From the NCBI GenBank assembly GCA_964016885.1, contig OZ024740.1:7130001-7194000 (forward strand): a DNA stretch of 64,000 bases, written 5' to 3'. Origin of the DNA: Eledone cirrhosa. Taxonomy: Eukaryota. Positions 17,180 to 30,360 of this stretch are shown here, piece after piece; the stretch's first letter is position 1; every line of letters begins with the position of its first letter. A program made the translations under genes and the position numbers. A model generated the notes under the pieces. That model made no database searches and was not told where the DNA came from. It saw nothing but the letters and a program-made list of their open reading frames with translations.

Positions 17180-20100
17180 CTGGGAATATTACCAGCTCTG
17201 GGGAGTTCTACATTTCACATCTGACTTGGGACTATTACCAGCAGTGGTGAGGCCTACATTTCACGTCTGAGCTGGGAGTATTACCAGCTCTGGTGAGGCC
17301 AAAATTTCACAGCCGACATGGGACTATTACCATCTCTGGTGAGGTCTACATTTCACATCTGACCTGGGATTAATACCACCCATGGTGAGGCCTACATTTC
17401 ACATCAGACCTTAGAATATTACCAGCTATGGTAAGGTCTAGATTTCACATCTGACCTGGGACTATTACCAGCTCTGGTGATGCCTGCATTTTACATCTGA
17501 CATGGGACTATTACCAGCTATGGTGAGGTCTACATTATAACATCTGATCTGGGAATATTACCAGCTATTGTGAGGCCTACATTTCACATCTGACCTGTGA
17601 CTATTACCAGCTATGGTGAGGTCTACATTTCACATCTAACGTGGGACTATTACCAGCTATTGTGAAGTCTATATTACAGATTTGACATGGGACTATTACT
17701 ATCTCTGGTGAGGCCTACATTTCACATCTGACCTGGGACTATTACCAGCTATGGTGAGGTCTACATTTCACATCTGACCTGGGACTATTTCCAGCTATTG
17801 TGAGGCTTAAATTTCACATCTGACCTGGGACTATTACCAGCTATTGTGAGGCTTTCATTTCACATCTGACCTGGGACTATTACCAGCTCTGGTGAGGCCT
17901 ATATTTCACATATGACCTGCGACTATTATCAGCTCTTGTGAAGTCTACATTACAGATCTGACCTGGGACTATTACTATCTCTGGTGAGGCCTACATTTCA
18001 CATCTGACCTGGGACTATTTCCAGCTATGGTGAGGCCTACATTTCACATCTAACCTTGAAATATTACCAGCTATGGTGAGGCCTACATTCCACATTTGAG
18101 CTGGGACTATTACCAGCTCTGGGGATTCTACATTTCACATCTGAACTGGGACTATTACCAGCTGTGGTGAGGCCTACATTTCACATCTGAGCTGGTATTA
18201 TTACCAGCTAAGTTGAGGTCTACATTTTATAACCTGACCTTGGTCTATTACCAGCTATTGTGAGGCCTACATTTCACATCTGACCTGGGACTTTTACCAG
18301 CTTTGGTGAGGCCTACATTTCACATCTGACCTTGGAATATTACCAGCTATGGTAAGGTCTAGATTTCACATCTGACCTGGGACTATTACCAGCTGTAGTG
18401 AAGTATACATTTCACATCTGACCTGGGACAATTACCAGCTGTGGTGAGGCCTGCATTTCACATCTGACCTGGGACTATTACCAGCTATGGTGACGCCTAC
18501 ATTTCACATCTGACCTGGGACTATTACCAGCTCTGGTGTGGCCTACATTTCACATCTGACCTGCGACTATTATCTGCTCTTGTGAAGTCTACATTTCAGA
18601 TCTGACCTGGGACTATTAATATCTCTGGTGAGGCCTACATTTCACATCTGACCTGGGACTATTACCAGCTATGGTGAGGCCTACATTTTATATCTGTCCT
18701 GGGACTATTACCAGCTATTGTGAGGCCTACATTTCACATCTGACCTGCGACTATTACCAGCTCTTGTGAGATCTACATTTCACGTCTGACCTGGGATTAT
18801 TACTAGCTATGGTGAGGTCTACATTTCACATCTGACCTGGGACTATATGCAGCTGTGATAAGGTTACTTTTCACATCTGACCTGGGATTATTACCAGCTC
18901 TGGTGACGTCTACATTTCACATCTGACCTGGGACTATTTCCAGCTATTCTGAGGCATACATTTCACATCTGACCTGGGACTATTACCAGCTATGGTGTGG
19001 CCTATATTTCACATATGACCTGGAACTATTACTAGCTTTGGTGAGGCCTACATTTCAATCTGATGTGGGACTATTACAAGCTCTGGTTAGGACTACATTT
19101 GACATCTGAGCTTCGACTATTACTAGCTGTGGTGAGGTCTACATTTCACATCTGACCTGGGACTATTACCAGCTGTGGTAAGGTTACTTTTCACATCTGA
19201 CCTGGGACTAATACCATTTCTGGTGAGGCCTACATTTCACATTTGATCTGGGACTATTACCAGCTATGGTGAGGCGTACATTTCACATTTGACCTGGGAC
19301 AATTATCAGCTATGGTGAGGTCTACATTTCAATCTGACCTGGGACTATTACCAGCTATTGTGAGACTTACATTTCACATCTGACATGGGACTATTACCAG
19401 CTATGGTGAGGCCGACATTTCACATCTGACCTGGGACAATTACCAACTATGGTGACGCCTAAATTTCACATCTGACCTGGGACTATTACCAGCTCTGGTG
19501 AGACCTACATTTCACATCTGACCTGCGACTATTATCAGCTATGGTGAGGTCTACATTTCACATCTAACCTGGAAAAATTACCAGCTATGGTGAGGCCTAC
19601 ATTTCACATCTAACATGGAAAAATTACCAGCTATGGTGAGGCCTACATTCCACATTTGAGCTGGGAATATTACCAGATCTATGGAGTTCTACATTTCACA
19701 TCTGACTTGGGACTATTACCAGCTGTGGTGAGGCCTACATTTCACGTCTGAGCTGGGAGTATTACCAGCTCTGGTGAGGCAAAAATTTCACATCCGACAT
19801 AGGACTATTACCAGCTCTGGTGAGGTCTACATTTCACATCTGACCTGGGAATATTACCAGCTCTGGGGAGTTCTACATTTCACATCTGACTTGGGACTAT
19901 TACCAGCAGTGGTGAGGCCTACATTTCACGTCTGAGCTAGGAGTATTACCAGCTGTGGTGAGGCCAAAATTTCACATCCGACATGGGACTATTACCATCT
20001 CTGGTGAGGTCTACATTTCACATCTGACCTGGGATTAATACCACCCATGGTGAGGCCTACATTTCACATCAGACCTTAGAATATTACCAGCTATGGTAAG

Positions 20101-22250
20101 GTCTAGATTTCACATCTGACCTGGGACTATTACCAGCTCTGGTGATGCCTGCATTTTACATCTAACATGGGACTATTACCAGCTATGGTGAGGTCTACAT
20201 TATAACATCTGATCTGGGAATATTACCAGCTATTGTGAGGCCTACATTTCACATCTGACCTGTGACTATTACCAGCTATGGTGAGGTCTACATTTCACAT
20301 CTGACGTGGGACTATTACCAGCTATTGTGAAGTCTATATTACAGATTTGACATGGGACTATTACTATCTCTGGTGAGGCCTATATTTCACATATGACCTG
20401 CGACTATTATCAGCTCTTGTGAAGTCTACATTACAGATCTGACCTGGGACTATTACTATCTCTGGTGAGGCCTACATTTCACATCTGACCTGGGACTATT
20501 AACAGCTATGGTGAGGCCTACATTTCACATCTAACCTGGAAATATTACCAGCTATGGTGAGGCCTACATTCCACATTTGAGCTGGGACTATTACCAGCTC
20601 TGGGGATTCTACATTTCACATCTGAACTGGGACTATTACCAGCTGTGGTGAGGCCTACATTTCACACCTGAGCTGGTATTATTACCAGCTATGTTGAGGT
20701 CTACATTTTATAACCTGACCTTGGTCTATTACCAGCTATTGTGAGGCCTACATTTCACATCTGACCTTGGAATATTACCAGCTATGGTAAGGTCTAGATT
20801 TCACATCTGACCTGGGACTATTACTAGCTGTAGTGAAGTATACATTTCACATCTGACCTGGGACAATTACCAGCTGTGGTGAGGCCTGCATTTCACATCT
20901 GACCTGGGACTATTACCAGCTATGGTGACGCCTACATTTCACATCTGACCTGGGACTATTACCAGCTCTGGTGTGGCCTACATTTCACATCTGACCTGCG
21001 ACTATTATCTGCTCTTGTGAAGTCTACATTTCAGATCTGACCTGGGACTATTAATATCTCTGGTGAGGCCTACATTTCACATCTGACCTAGGACTATTAC
21101 CAGCTATTGTGAGGCCTACATTTTATATCTGTACTGGGACTATTACCAGCTATTGTGAGGCCTACATTTCACATCTGACCTGCGACTATTACCAGCTCTT
21201 GTGAGGTCTACATTTCACGTCTGACCTGGGATTATTACTAGCTATGGTGAGGTCTACATTTCACATCTGACCTGGGACTATATGCAGCTGTGATAAGGTT
21301 ACTTTTCACATCTGACCTGGGACTATTACCAGCTCTGGTGACGTCTACATTTCACATCTGACCTGGGACTATTACCAGCTATGGTGTGGCCTATATTTCA
21401 CATATGACCTGAAACTATTACCAGCTTTGGTGAGGCCTACATTTCAATCTGATCTGGGACTGTTACAAGCTCTGGTTAGGACTACATTTCACATCTGAGC
21501 TTCGACTATTACTAGCTGTGGTGAGGTCTACATTTCACATCTGACCTGGGACTGTTACCAGCTGTGGTAAGGTTACTTTTCACATCTGACCTGGGACTAT
21601 TACCAGTTCTGGTGAGGCCTACATTTCACATTTGATCTGGGACTATTACCAGCTATGGTGAGGCGTACATTTCACATTTGACCTGGGACAATTATCAGCT
21701 ATGGTGAGGTCTACATTTCAATCTGACCTGGGACTATTACCAGCTATTGTGAGACTTACATTTCACATCTGACATGGGACTATTACCAGCTATGGTGAGG
21801 CCTACATTTCACATCTGACCTGGGACCATTACCAACTATGGTGACGCCTACATTTCACATCTGACCTGGGACTATTACCAGCTCTGGTGAGACCTACATT
21901 TCACATCTGACCTGCGACTATTATCAGCTATGGTGAGGCCTACATTTCACATCTAACCTGGAAAAATTACCAGCTATGGTGAGGCCTACATTTCACATCT
22001 AACATGGAAAAATTACCAGCTATGGTGAGGCCTACATTCCACATCTGAGCTGGGAATATTACCAGCTCTGGGGAGTTCTACATTTCACATCTGACTTGGG
22101 TCTATTACCAGCTGTGGTGAGGCCTACATTTCACGTCTGAGCTGGGAGTATTACCAGCTCTGGTGAGGCTAAAATTTCACATCCGACATAGGACTATTAC
22201 CAGCTCTGGTGAGGTCTACATTTCACATCTGACCTGGGAATATTACCAGC
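17180..22250. repeat. Tandem duplication of about 58 monomers (copy 1 17180-19844, copy 2 19845 to about 22233)
   Basis: Rare variants recur in the same order. The offset is 2665 at the start (CCACCC 17376/20041) and 2389 at the end (ATCCGACATAGG 19792/22181). The 276-bp difference equals six whole monomers missing from copy 2. Confidence 0.88.
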
Positions 22251-25200
22251 TATGGTGAGGTCTACATTTTAACATCTGATCTGGGACTATTAGCAGCTAT
22301 TGTGAGGCCTACATTTCACATCTGACCTGCGACCATCACCAGCTATTGTGAGACCTACATTTCACATCTGACATGGGACTATTACCAGCTATGGTTAGGC
22401 CTACATTTCACATCTGACCTGGGACTATTACCAGCTATGGTGAGGCCTATATTTCACATCTGACCTGGAACTATTACGAGCTTTCCTGAGGCCTACATTT
22501 CACATCTGATCTGGCACTGTTACAAGCTCTGGTTAGGACTACATTTCACATCTGACCTTGGACTATTACTAGCTGTGGTGAGGTCTACATTTCACATCTG
22601 ACCTAGGACTATTTCCAAATGTGATAAGGTTACTCTTCACATCTGACCTTGGACTATTACCAGCTCTGGTGAGGTTTAAATTTCACATCTGATCTGGGAC
22701 TATTACCAGCAGTGGTACGGTTTACTTTTCACATCTGACTTGGGACTATTACCAGCTCTGCTGAGGCCTACATTTCACATCTAACTAGTGACTATTACCA
22801 TCTCGGGTGAGGTCTACATTTCACATCTGACCTGGGACTATTTCCAGCTATGGTGAGGCCTACATTTCACATCTGACCTGGGACTATTTCCAGCTATGGT
22901 GAGGCCTACATTTCATATCTGACCTGGGACTATTATCAGCTATGGTGAGGTCCACATTTCACATCTGATCTGGGAATATTACCAGCTATGATGAGGCCTA
23001 CATTTCACATTTGACCTGGGACTATTACCAGCTCTGGTGAGGCCTACATTACACATCTGACCTGGAGATATTACCAGCTATGGTGATGCCTACATTTCAC
23101 ATCTGACCTGGGAATATTACCAGCTCTGGTGAGGCCTACATTTCACATATGACCTGCGACTATTATCAGCTTTTTTGAAGTCTACATTACAGATCTGACA
23201 TGGGACTATTACTATCTCTGGTGAGGCCTACATTTCACATCTGACCTGGGACTATTACCAGCTATGGTGAGGCCTACATTTCACATCTAACCTGGAAATA
23301 TTACCAGCTATGGTGAGGCCTACATTCCACATTTGAGCTGGGACTATTACCAGCTCTGGGGATTCTACATTTCACATCTGACCTGGGACTATTACCAGCC
23401 GTGGTGAGGCCTACATTTCACATCTGAGGTGGGATTATTATCAGCTATGTTGAGGTCTACATTTTATAACATGACCTTGGTCTATTACCAGCTATTGTGA
23501 GGCCTACATTTCACATCTGACCTGGGACTTTTACCAGCTTTGGTGAGGCCTACATTTCACATCTGACCTTGGAATATTACCAGCTATGGTAAGGTCTAGA
23601 TTTCACATCTGACCTGGGACTATTACTAGCTGTAGTGAAGTATACATTTCACATCTGACCTGGGACTATTAATATCTCTGGTGAGGCCTACATTTCACAT
23701 CTGACCTGGGACTATTACCAGCTATGGTGAGGCCTACATTTCACATCTAACCTGGAACTATTACCAGCTATGGTGAGGCCTACATTTCACATCTGAGCTG
23801 GGATTATGACCAGCTCTGGTGAGGTCTACATATCACATCTGACCTAGGACTATTACTAGCTGTGGTGAGGCTTACATTTCACATCTGAGCTAGGACTGTT
23901 ACCAGCTCTGGTGAGGCCTATATTTCACATCCGACCTGGGACTACTTCCAGCTATGGTGAGACCTTCATTTCACATCTGACCTGGGACTATTACCAGCTA
24001 TTTTGAGGTCTACATTTCACATCTGACCTGGGACTATTACCAGCTATAGTGAGGCCTACATTTTACATCTGTCCTGGGACTATTACCAGCTATTGTGAGG
24101 CCTACATTTCACATCTGACCTGGTCCTATTTCCAGCTCTGGTGAGGCCTACATTTCACATGTGACCTGCGACTATTACCAGCTCTTGTGAGGTCTACATT
24201 TCACGTCTGACCTGGGATTATTACTAGCTATGGTGAGGTCTACATTTCGCATCTGACCTGGGACTATATCCAGCTGTGATAAGGTTACTTTTCACATCTG
24301 ACCTGGGACTATTACCAGCTCTGGTGACGTCTACATTTCACATCTGACCTGGGACTATTTCCAGCTATTGTGAGGCATACATTTCACATCTGACCTGGGA
24401 CTATTCCCAGCTGTGATACGGTTACATTTCACATATGACCTGGAACTATTACCAGCTTTGGTGAGGCCTACATTTCAATCTGATCTGGGACTATTACAAG
24501 CTCTGGTTAGGACTACATTTCACATCTGAGCTTCGACTATTACTAGCTGTGGTGAGGTCTACATTTCACATCTGACCTGGGACTATTACCAGCTGAGGTA
24601 AGGTTACTTTTCACATCTGACCTGGGACTATTACCAGCTCTGGTGAGGCGTACATTTCACATTTGATCTGGGACTATTACCAGCTATGGTGAGGCGTACA
24701 TTTCACATTTGACCTGGGACAATTATCAGCTATGGTGAGGTCTACATTTGAATCTGACATGGGACTATTACCAGCTATTGTGAGACTTACATTTCACATC
24801 TGACATGGGACTATTACCAGCTATGGTGACGCCTACATTTCACATCTAACCTGGAAAAATTACCAGCTATGGTGATGCCTACATTTCACATCTAACCTGG
24901 AAAAATTACCAGCTATGGTGAGGCTTACATTCCACATCTGAGCTAGGAATATTACCAGCTCTGGGGAGTTCGACATTTCACATCTGACTTGGGACTATTA
25001 CCAGCTGTGGTGATGCCTACATTTCACGTCTGAGCTGGGAGTATTACCAGCTCTGGTGAGGCCAAAATTTCACATCCGACAAGGGACTATTACCAGCTCT
25101 GCTGAGGTCTACATTTCACATCTGACCTGAGAATATTACCAGCTATGGTGAGCCCTACATTTCACATCTGACCTGGGACTATTACCAGCTATGTTGTGTT

Positions 25201-27083
25201 CTACATTTCACATCTGACCTGGGACTATTACCAGCTATGGTGAGGTCTACATTTTAAGATCTGATCTGGGAAAATTACCAGCTCTGGTTAGGACTACATT
25301 TCACATCTGACCTGGGACTATTACCAGCTGTGGTAAGATTTACTTTTCACATCTGACCAGGGACTATTACTATCTCTGGTGAGGCCTACATTTCACATCT
25401 GACTTTTGACTATTCCCATCTCTGGTGAGGACTACATTTCACATCTAACCTGGGACTATTACCAGCTATGGTGAGACCAACATTTCACATGTGACCTTGG
25501 AATATTACCAGCCATGGTAAGGTCTAGATTTCACATCTGACCTGGGACTATTACTAACTGTAGTGAAGTATACATTTCACATCTGACCTGGGACTATTAC
25601 CAGCTATGGTGAGGCCTACATTTAACATCTGACCATGGAATATTGCCAGCTATTGTAAGGTCTAGATTTCACATCTGAAATGGGACTATTACTAGCTGTA
25701 TTGAAGTATACATTTCACATCTGACCTGGGACTATTACCAGATATTGTGAGGATTACATTTCACATCTAACCTGAGACTATTACCAGCTCTGGTGAGGTC
25801 TACATTTCACACCTGACCTGGGACTATTAGCAGCAGTGGTACGGTTTAATTTTCACATCTGACTTGGGATTATTACCAGCTCTGCTGAGGCCTACATTTC
25901 ACATCTAACCTGTGACTATTACCAGCTATGGTGAGGCCTACATTTCACATCTGACCCGGGACTATTGCCAGCCATGGTGAGGCCTACATTTCATATCTGA
26001 CCTGGGAATAGGTGAGGTCCACATTTCACATCTGATCTGGGAATATTACCAGCTATTGTGAGGCCTTCATTTCACATCTGACCTGGGACAATTACCAGCT
26101 ATGGTGAGGTCTACATTTCACATTTGACCTGGGAATATTACCAGCTATTGTGAGGCATACATTTCACATCTGACCTGGTGAGGTCTACATTTCACATCTG
26201 ACCTGGGACTAGGTGAGGTCCACATTTCACGTCTGATCTGGGAATATAACCAGCTATTGTGAGGCCTTCATTTCACATCTGACCTGGGACTATTAGCAGC
26301 TATGGTGAGGTCTACATTTCACATCTGACCTGGGAATATTACCAGCTATTGTGAGGCATACATTTCACATCTGACCTGTTGAGGTCTACATTTCACATCT
26401 GACCTGGGACTTTTACCAGCTAATGTGAGGCATACATTTCACATCTCACCTGGGACTATTACCAGCTATTTTGAAGTCTACATTTCACATCTAACCTAGG
26501 ACTATATCCAGCTATGGTGAGGCCTACATTTCACATCTGACCTGGGAATATTACCAGTTTTGGTGAGGTCTACATTTCACATCTGACCTGGGACTATAAC
26601 CAGCTATTGTGAAGTCTACATTTCACATCTGACCTGGGACTATTACCAGCTATGGTGAGGACTACATTTCACATCTGACCTGCGTTTATTACCAGCTTTT
26701 GTGAGGCCTACATTTCACCTCTGACCTGGGACTATTTCCAGTTCTGGTGAGGTCTATATTTCACATCTGACATGGGACTATTACCATTTCTGGTTAAGTC
26801 TACATTTCACATCTGACCTGGGATTAATACCAGCTGTGGTGAGGTCTACATTTCACATCTGACCTGGGAATATTACCAATTTTGGTGAGGTCTACATTTC
26901 ACATCTGACCTGGGACTATTAACAGCTATGGTGAGGCCTATACTTCACATCTGACCTGGAACTATTACTAGCTTTGGTGAGGCCTACATTTCAATCTGAT
27001 CTGGGACTATTACAAGCTATGGTTAGGACTACATTTCACCACTGAGCTTGGACTATTACCAGCTGTGGTAAGGTTACTTTTCA

Positions 27084-30000
27084 CATCTGACCTGGGACTA
27101 TTACCAGCTCTGGTGTGGCCTACATTTCACATCTGATCTGGGACTATTACCAGCTGTTGTAAGGTTTAGTTTTCACAGCTGACCAGGGACTATTCCCATC
27201 TCTGGTGAGGTCTACATTTCACATCTGACCTGGGATAAATACCACCCATGTTGAGGCCTACATTTCACATCAGACCTTAGAATATTACCAGCTATGGTAA
27301 GGTGTAGATTTCACATCTGACCTGGGACTATTACCAGCTCTGGTGAGGCCTGCATTTTACATTTGACCTGGGACTATTACCAGCTATGGTGAGGTCTACA
27401 TTTCAACATCTGATCTGGGAATATTACCAGCTATTGTGAGGCCTACATTTCACATCTGACCTGGGACTATTACCAGCTATGGTGAGGTCTACATTTCACA
27501 TCTGACCTGGGACTATTACCAGCTATTGTGAAGTCTACATTACAGATCTGACCTGGGACTATTACTATCTCTGGTGAGGCCTACATTTCACATCTGACCT
27601 GGGACTATTACCAGCTATGGTGAGGTCTACATTTCACATCTGACCTGGGATTATTACCAGCAATTGTGAGGCTTATTTTTCACATCTGACCTGGACTATT
27701 ACCAGCTATGGTGTGGCCTACATTTCACATCTGACCTGGGACTATTACCAGCTCTCCTGAGGCCTACATTTCACATCTGACCTGGAGATATTACCAGCTA
27801 TGATGACGCCTACATTTCACATCTGACCTGGGACTATTACCAGCTCTGGTGTGGCCTACATTTCACATATGACCTGCGAGTATTATCAGCTCTTGTGAAG
27901 TCTACATTACAGATTTGACCTGGGACGATTACTATCTCTGGTGAGGCCTATATTTCACATCTGACCTGGGACTATTACCAGCTATGGTGAGGCCTACATT
28001 TCACATCTAATCTGGAAATATTACCAGCTATGGTGAGGCCTACATTCCACATTTGAGCTGGGACTATTACCAGCTATGGTGACACCTACATTTCACATCT
28101 GACCTGGGACTATTTCTAGCTGTGGTAAGGTTATTTTCACATCTGACCAGGGACTATTACCAGCTCTGGTGAGGTCTACATTTCATAGCTGACTGGTGAC
28201 TATTCCCATCTCTGCTGAGGTCTACATTTCACATCTGACCTGGGACTTTTACCAGCTATGGTGAGGCCTACATTTCACATCTGACCTTGGAATATTAATA
28301 GCTATGGTAAGGTCTAGATTTCACATCTGACCTGGGTTTATTACTAGCTGTAGTGAAGTATACATTTCACATCAGACCTGGGACAATTACCAGCTCTGGT
28401 GAGGCCTGCATTTCACATCTAACCTGGGACTATTACCAGCTATGGTGACGCCTACATTTCACATCTGACCTGGGAATATTACCAGCTCTGGTGAGGCCTA
28501 CATTTCACATCTGACCTGCGACTATTATCAGCTCTTGTGAAGTCTACATTTCAGATCTGACCTGGGACTATAACTATCTCTGGTGAGGCCTACATTTCAC
28601 ATCTGACCTGGGACTATTACCAGCTATGGTGAGGCCTACATTTCACATCTAACCTGGAACTATTACCAGCTATGGTGAGGCCTACATTTCACATCTGAGC
28701 TGGGATTATTACCAGCTCTGGTGAGATCTACATATCCCATCTGACCTGGGACTATTACCAGCTCTGGTGTGGCCTACATTTCACATCTGATCTGGGACTA
28801 TTACCAGCTGTTGTAAGGTTTAGTTTTCACAGCTGACCAGGGACTATTCCCATCTCTGGTGAGGTCTACATTTCACATCTGACCTGGGATAAATACCACC
28901 CATGTTGAGGCCTACATTTCACATCAGACCTTAGAATATTACCAGCTATGGTAAGGTGTAGATTTCACATCTGACCTGGGACTATTACCAGCTCTGGTGA
29001 GGCCTGCATTTTACATTTGACCTGGGACTATTACCAGCTATGGTGAGGTCTACATTTCAACATCTGATCTGGGAATATTACCAGCTATTGTGAGGCCTAC
29101 ATTTCACATCTGACCTGGGACTATTACCAGCTATGGTGAGGTCTACATTTCACATCTGACCTGGGACTATTACCAGCTATTGTGAAGTCTACATTACAGA
29201 TCTGACCTGGGACTATTACTATCTCTGGTGAGGCCTACATTTCACATCTGACCTGGGACTATTACCAGCTATGGTGAGGTCTACATTTCACATCTGACCT
29301 GGGATTATTACCAGCTATTGTGAGGCTTATTTTTCACATCTGACCTGGAATATTACCAGCTATGGTGTGGCCTACATTTCACATCTGACCTGGGACTATT
29401 ACCAGCTCTGCTGAGGCCTACATTTCACATCTGACCTGGAGATATTACCAGCTATGATGACGCCTACATTTCACATATGACCTGCGAGTATTATCAGCTC
29501 TTGTGAAGTCTACATTACAGATCTGACCTGGGACGATTACTATCTCTGGTGAGGCCTACATTTCACATCTGACCTGGGACTATTACCAGCTATGGTGAGG
29601 CCTACATTTCACATCTAATCTGGAAATATTACCAGCTATGGTGAGGCTTACATTCCACATTTGAGCTGGGACTATTACCAGCTATGGTGACACCTACATT
29701 TCACATCTGACCTGGGACTATTTCTAGCTGTGGTAAGGTTATTTTCACATCTGACCAGGGACTATTACCAGCTCTGGTGAGGCCTACATTTCATAGCTGA
29801 CTGGTGACTATTCCCATCTCTGCTGAGGTCTACATTTCACATCTGACCTGGGACTTTTACCAGCTATGGTGAGGCCTACATTTCACATCTGACCTTGGAA
29901 TATTAATAGCTATGGTAAGGTCTAGATTTCACATCTGACCTGGGACTATTACTAGCTGTAGTGAAGTATACATTTCACATCAGACCTGGGACAATTACCA

Positions 30001-30360
30001 GCTCTGGTGAGGCCTGCATTTTACATCTAACCTGGGACTATTACCAGCTATGGTGACGCCTACATTTCACATCTGACCTGGGAATATTACCAGCTCTGGT
30101 GAGGCCTACATTTCACATCTGACCTGCGACTATTATCAGCTCTTGTGAAGTCTACATTTCAGATCTGACCTGGGACTATTACTATCTCTGGTGAGGCCTA
30201 CATTTCACATCTGACCTGGGACTATTACCAGCTATGGTGAGGCCTACATTTCACATCTAACCTGGAACTATTACCAGCTATGGTGAGGCCTACATTTCAC
30301 ATCTGAGCTGGGATTATTACCAGCTCTGGTGAGGTCTACATATCCCATCTGACCTGGGAC
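27084..30360. repeat. Near-identical tandem duplication of 36 monomers (copy 1 27084-28737, copy 2 28738 to about 30345)
   Basis: The offset is 1654 at the start (ACCACCCATGTTG 27241/28895; GTTGTAAGGTTTAGTTTTCACAGCTG in both) and 1608 at the end (CATATCCCAT 28731/30339). One monomer is absent from copy 2 near 29470. Confidence 0.92.

Noticed and set aside
2238-25400. A regular HOR period of about 11.5 kb (GGTAAGATTTAC block near 2.3, 13.8 and 25.3 kb)
   Set aside because: Neighbouring blocks match at other offsets (about 4.3, 10.3 and 13.5 kb), so the spacing does not extend into a consistent period.
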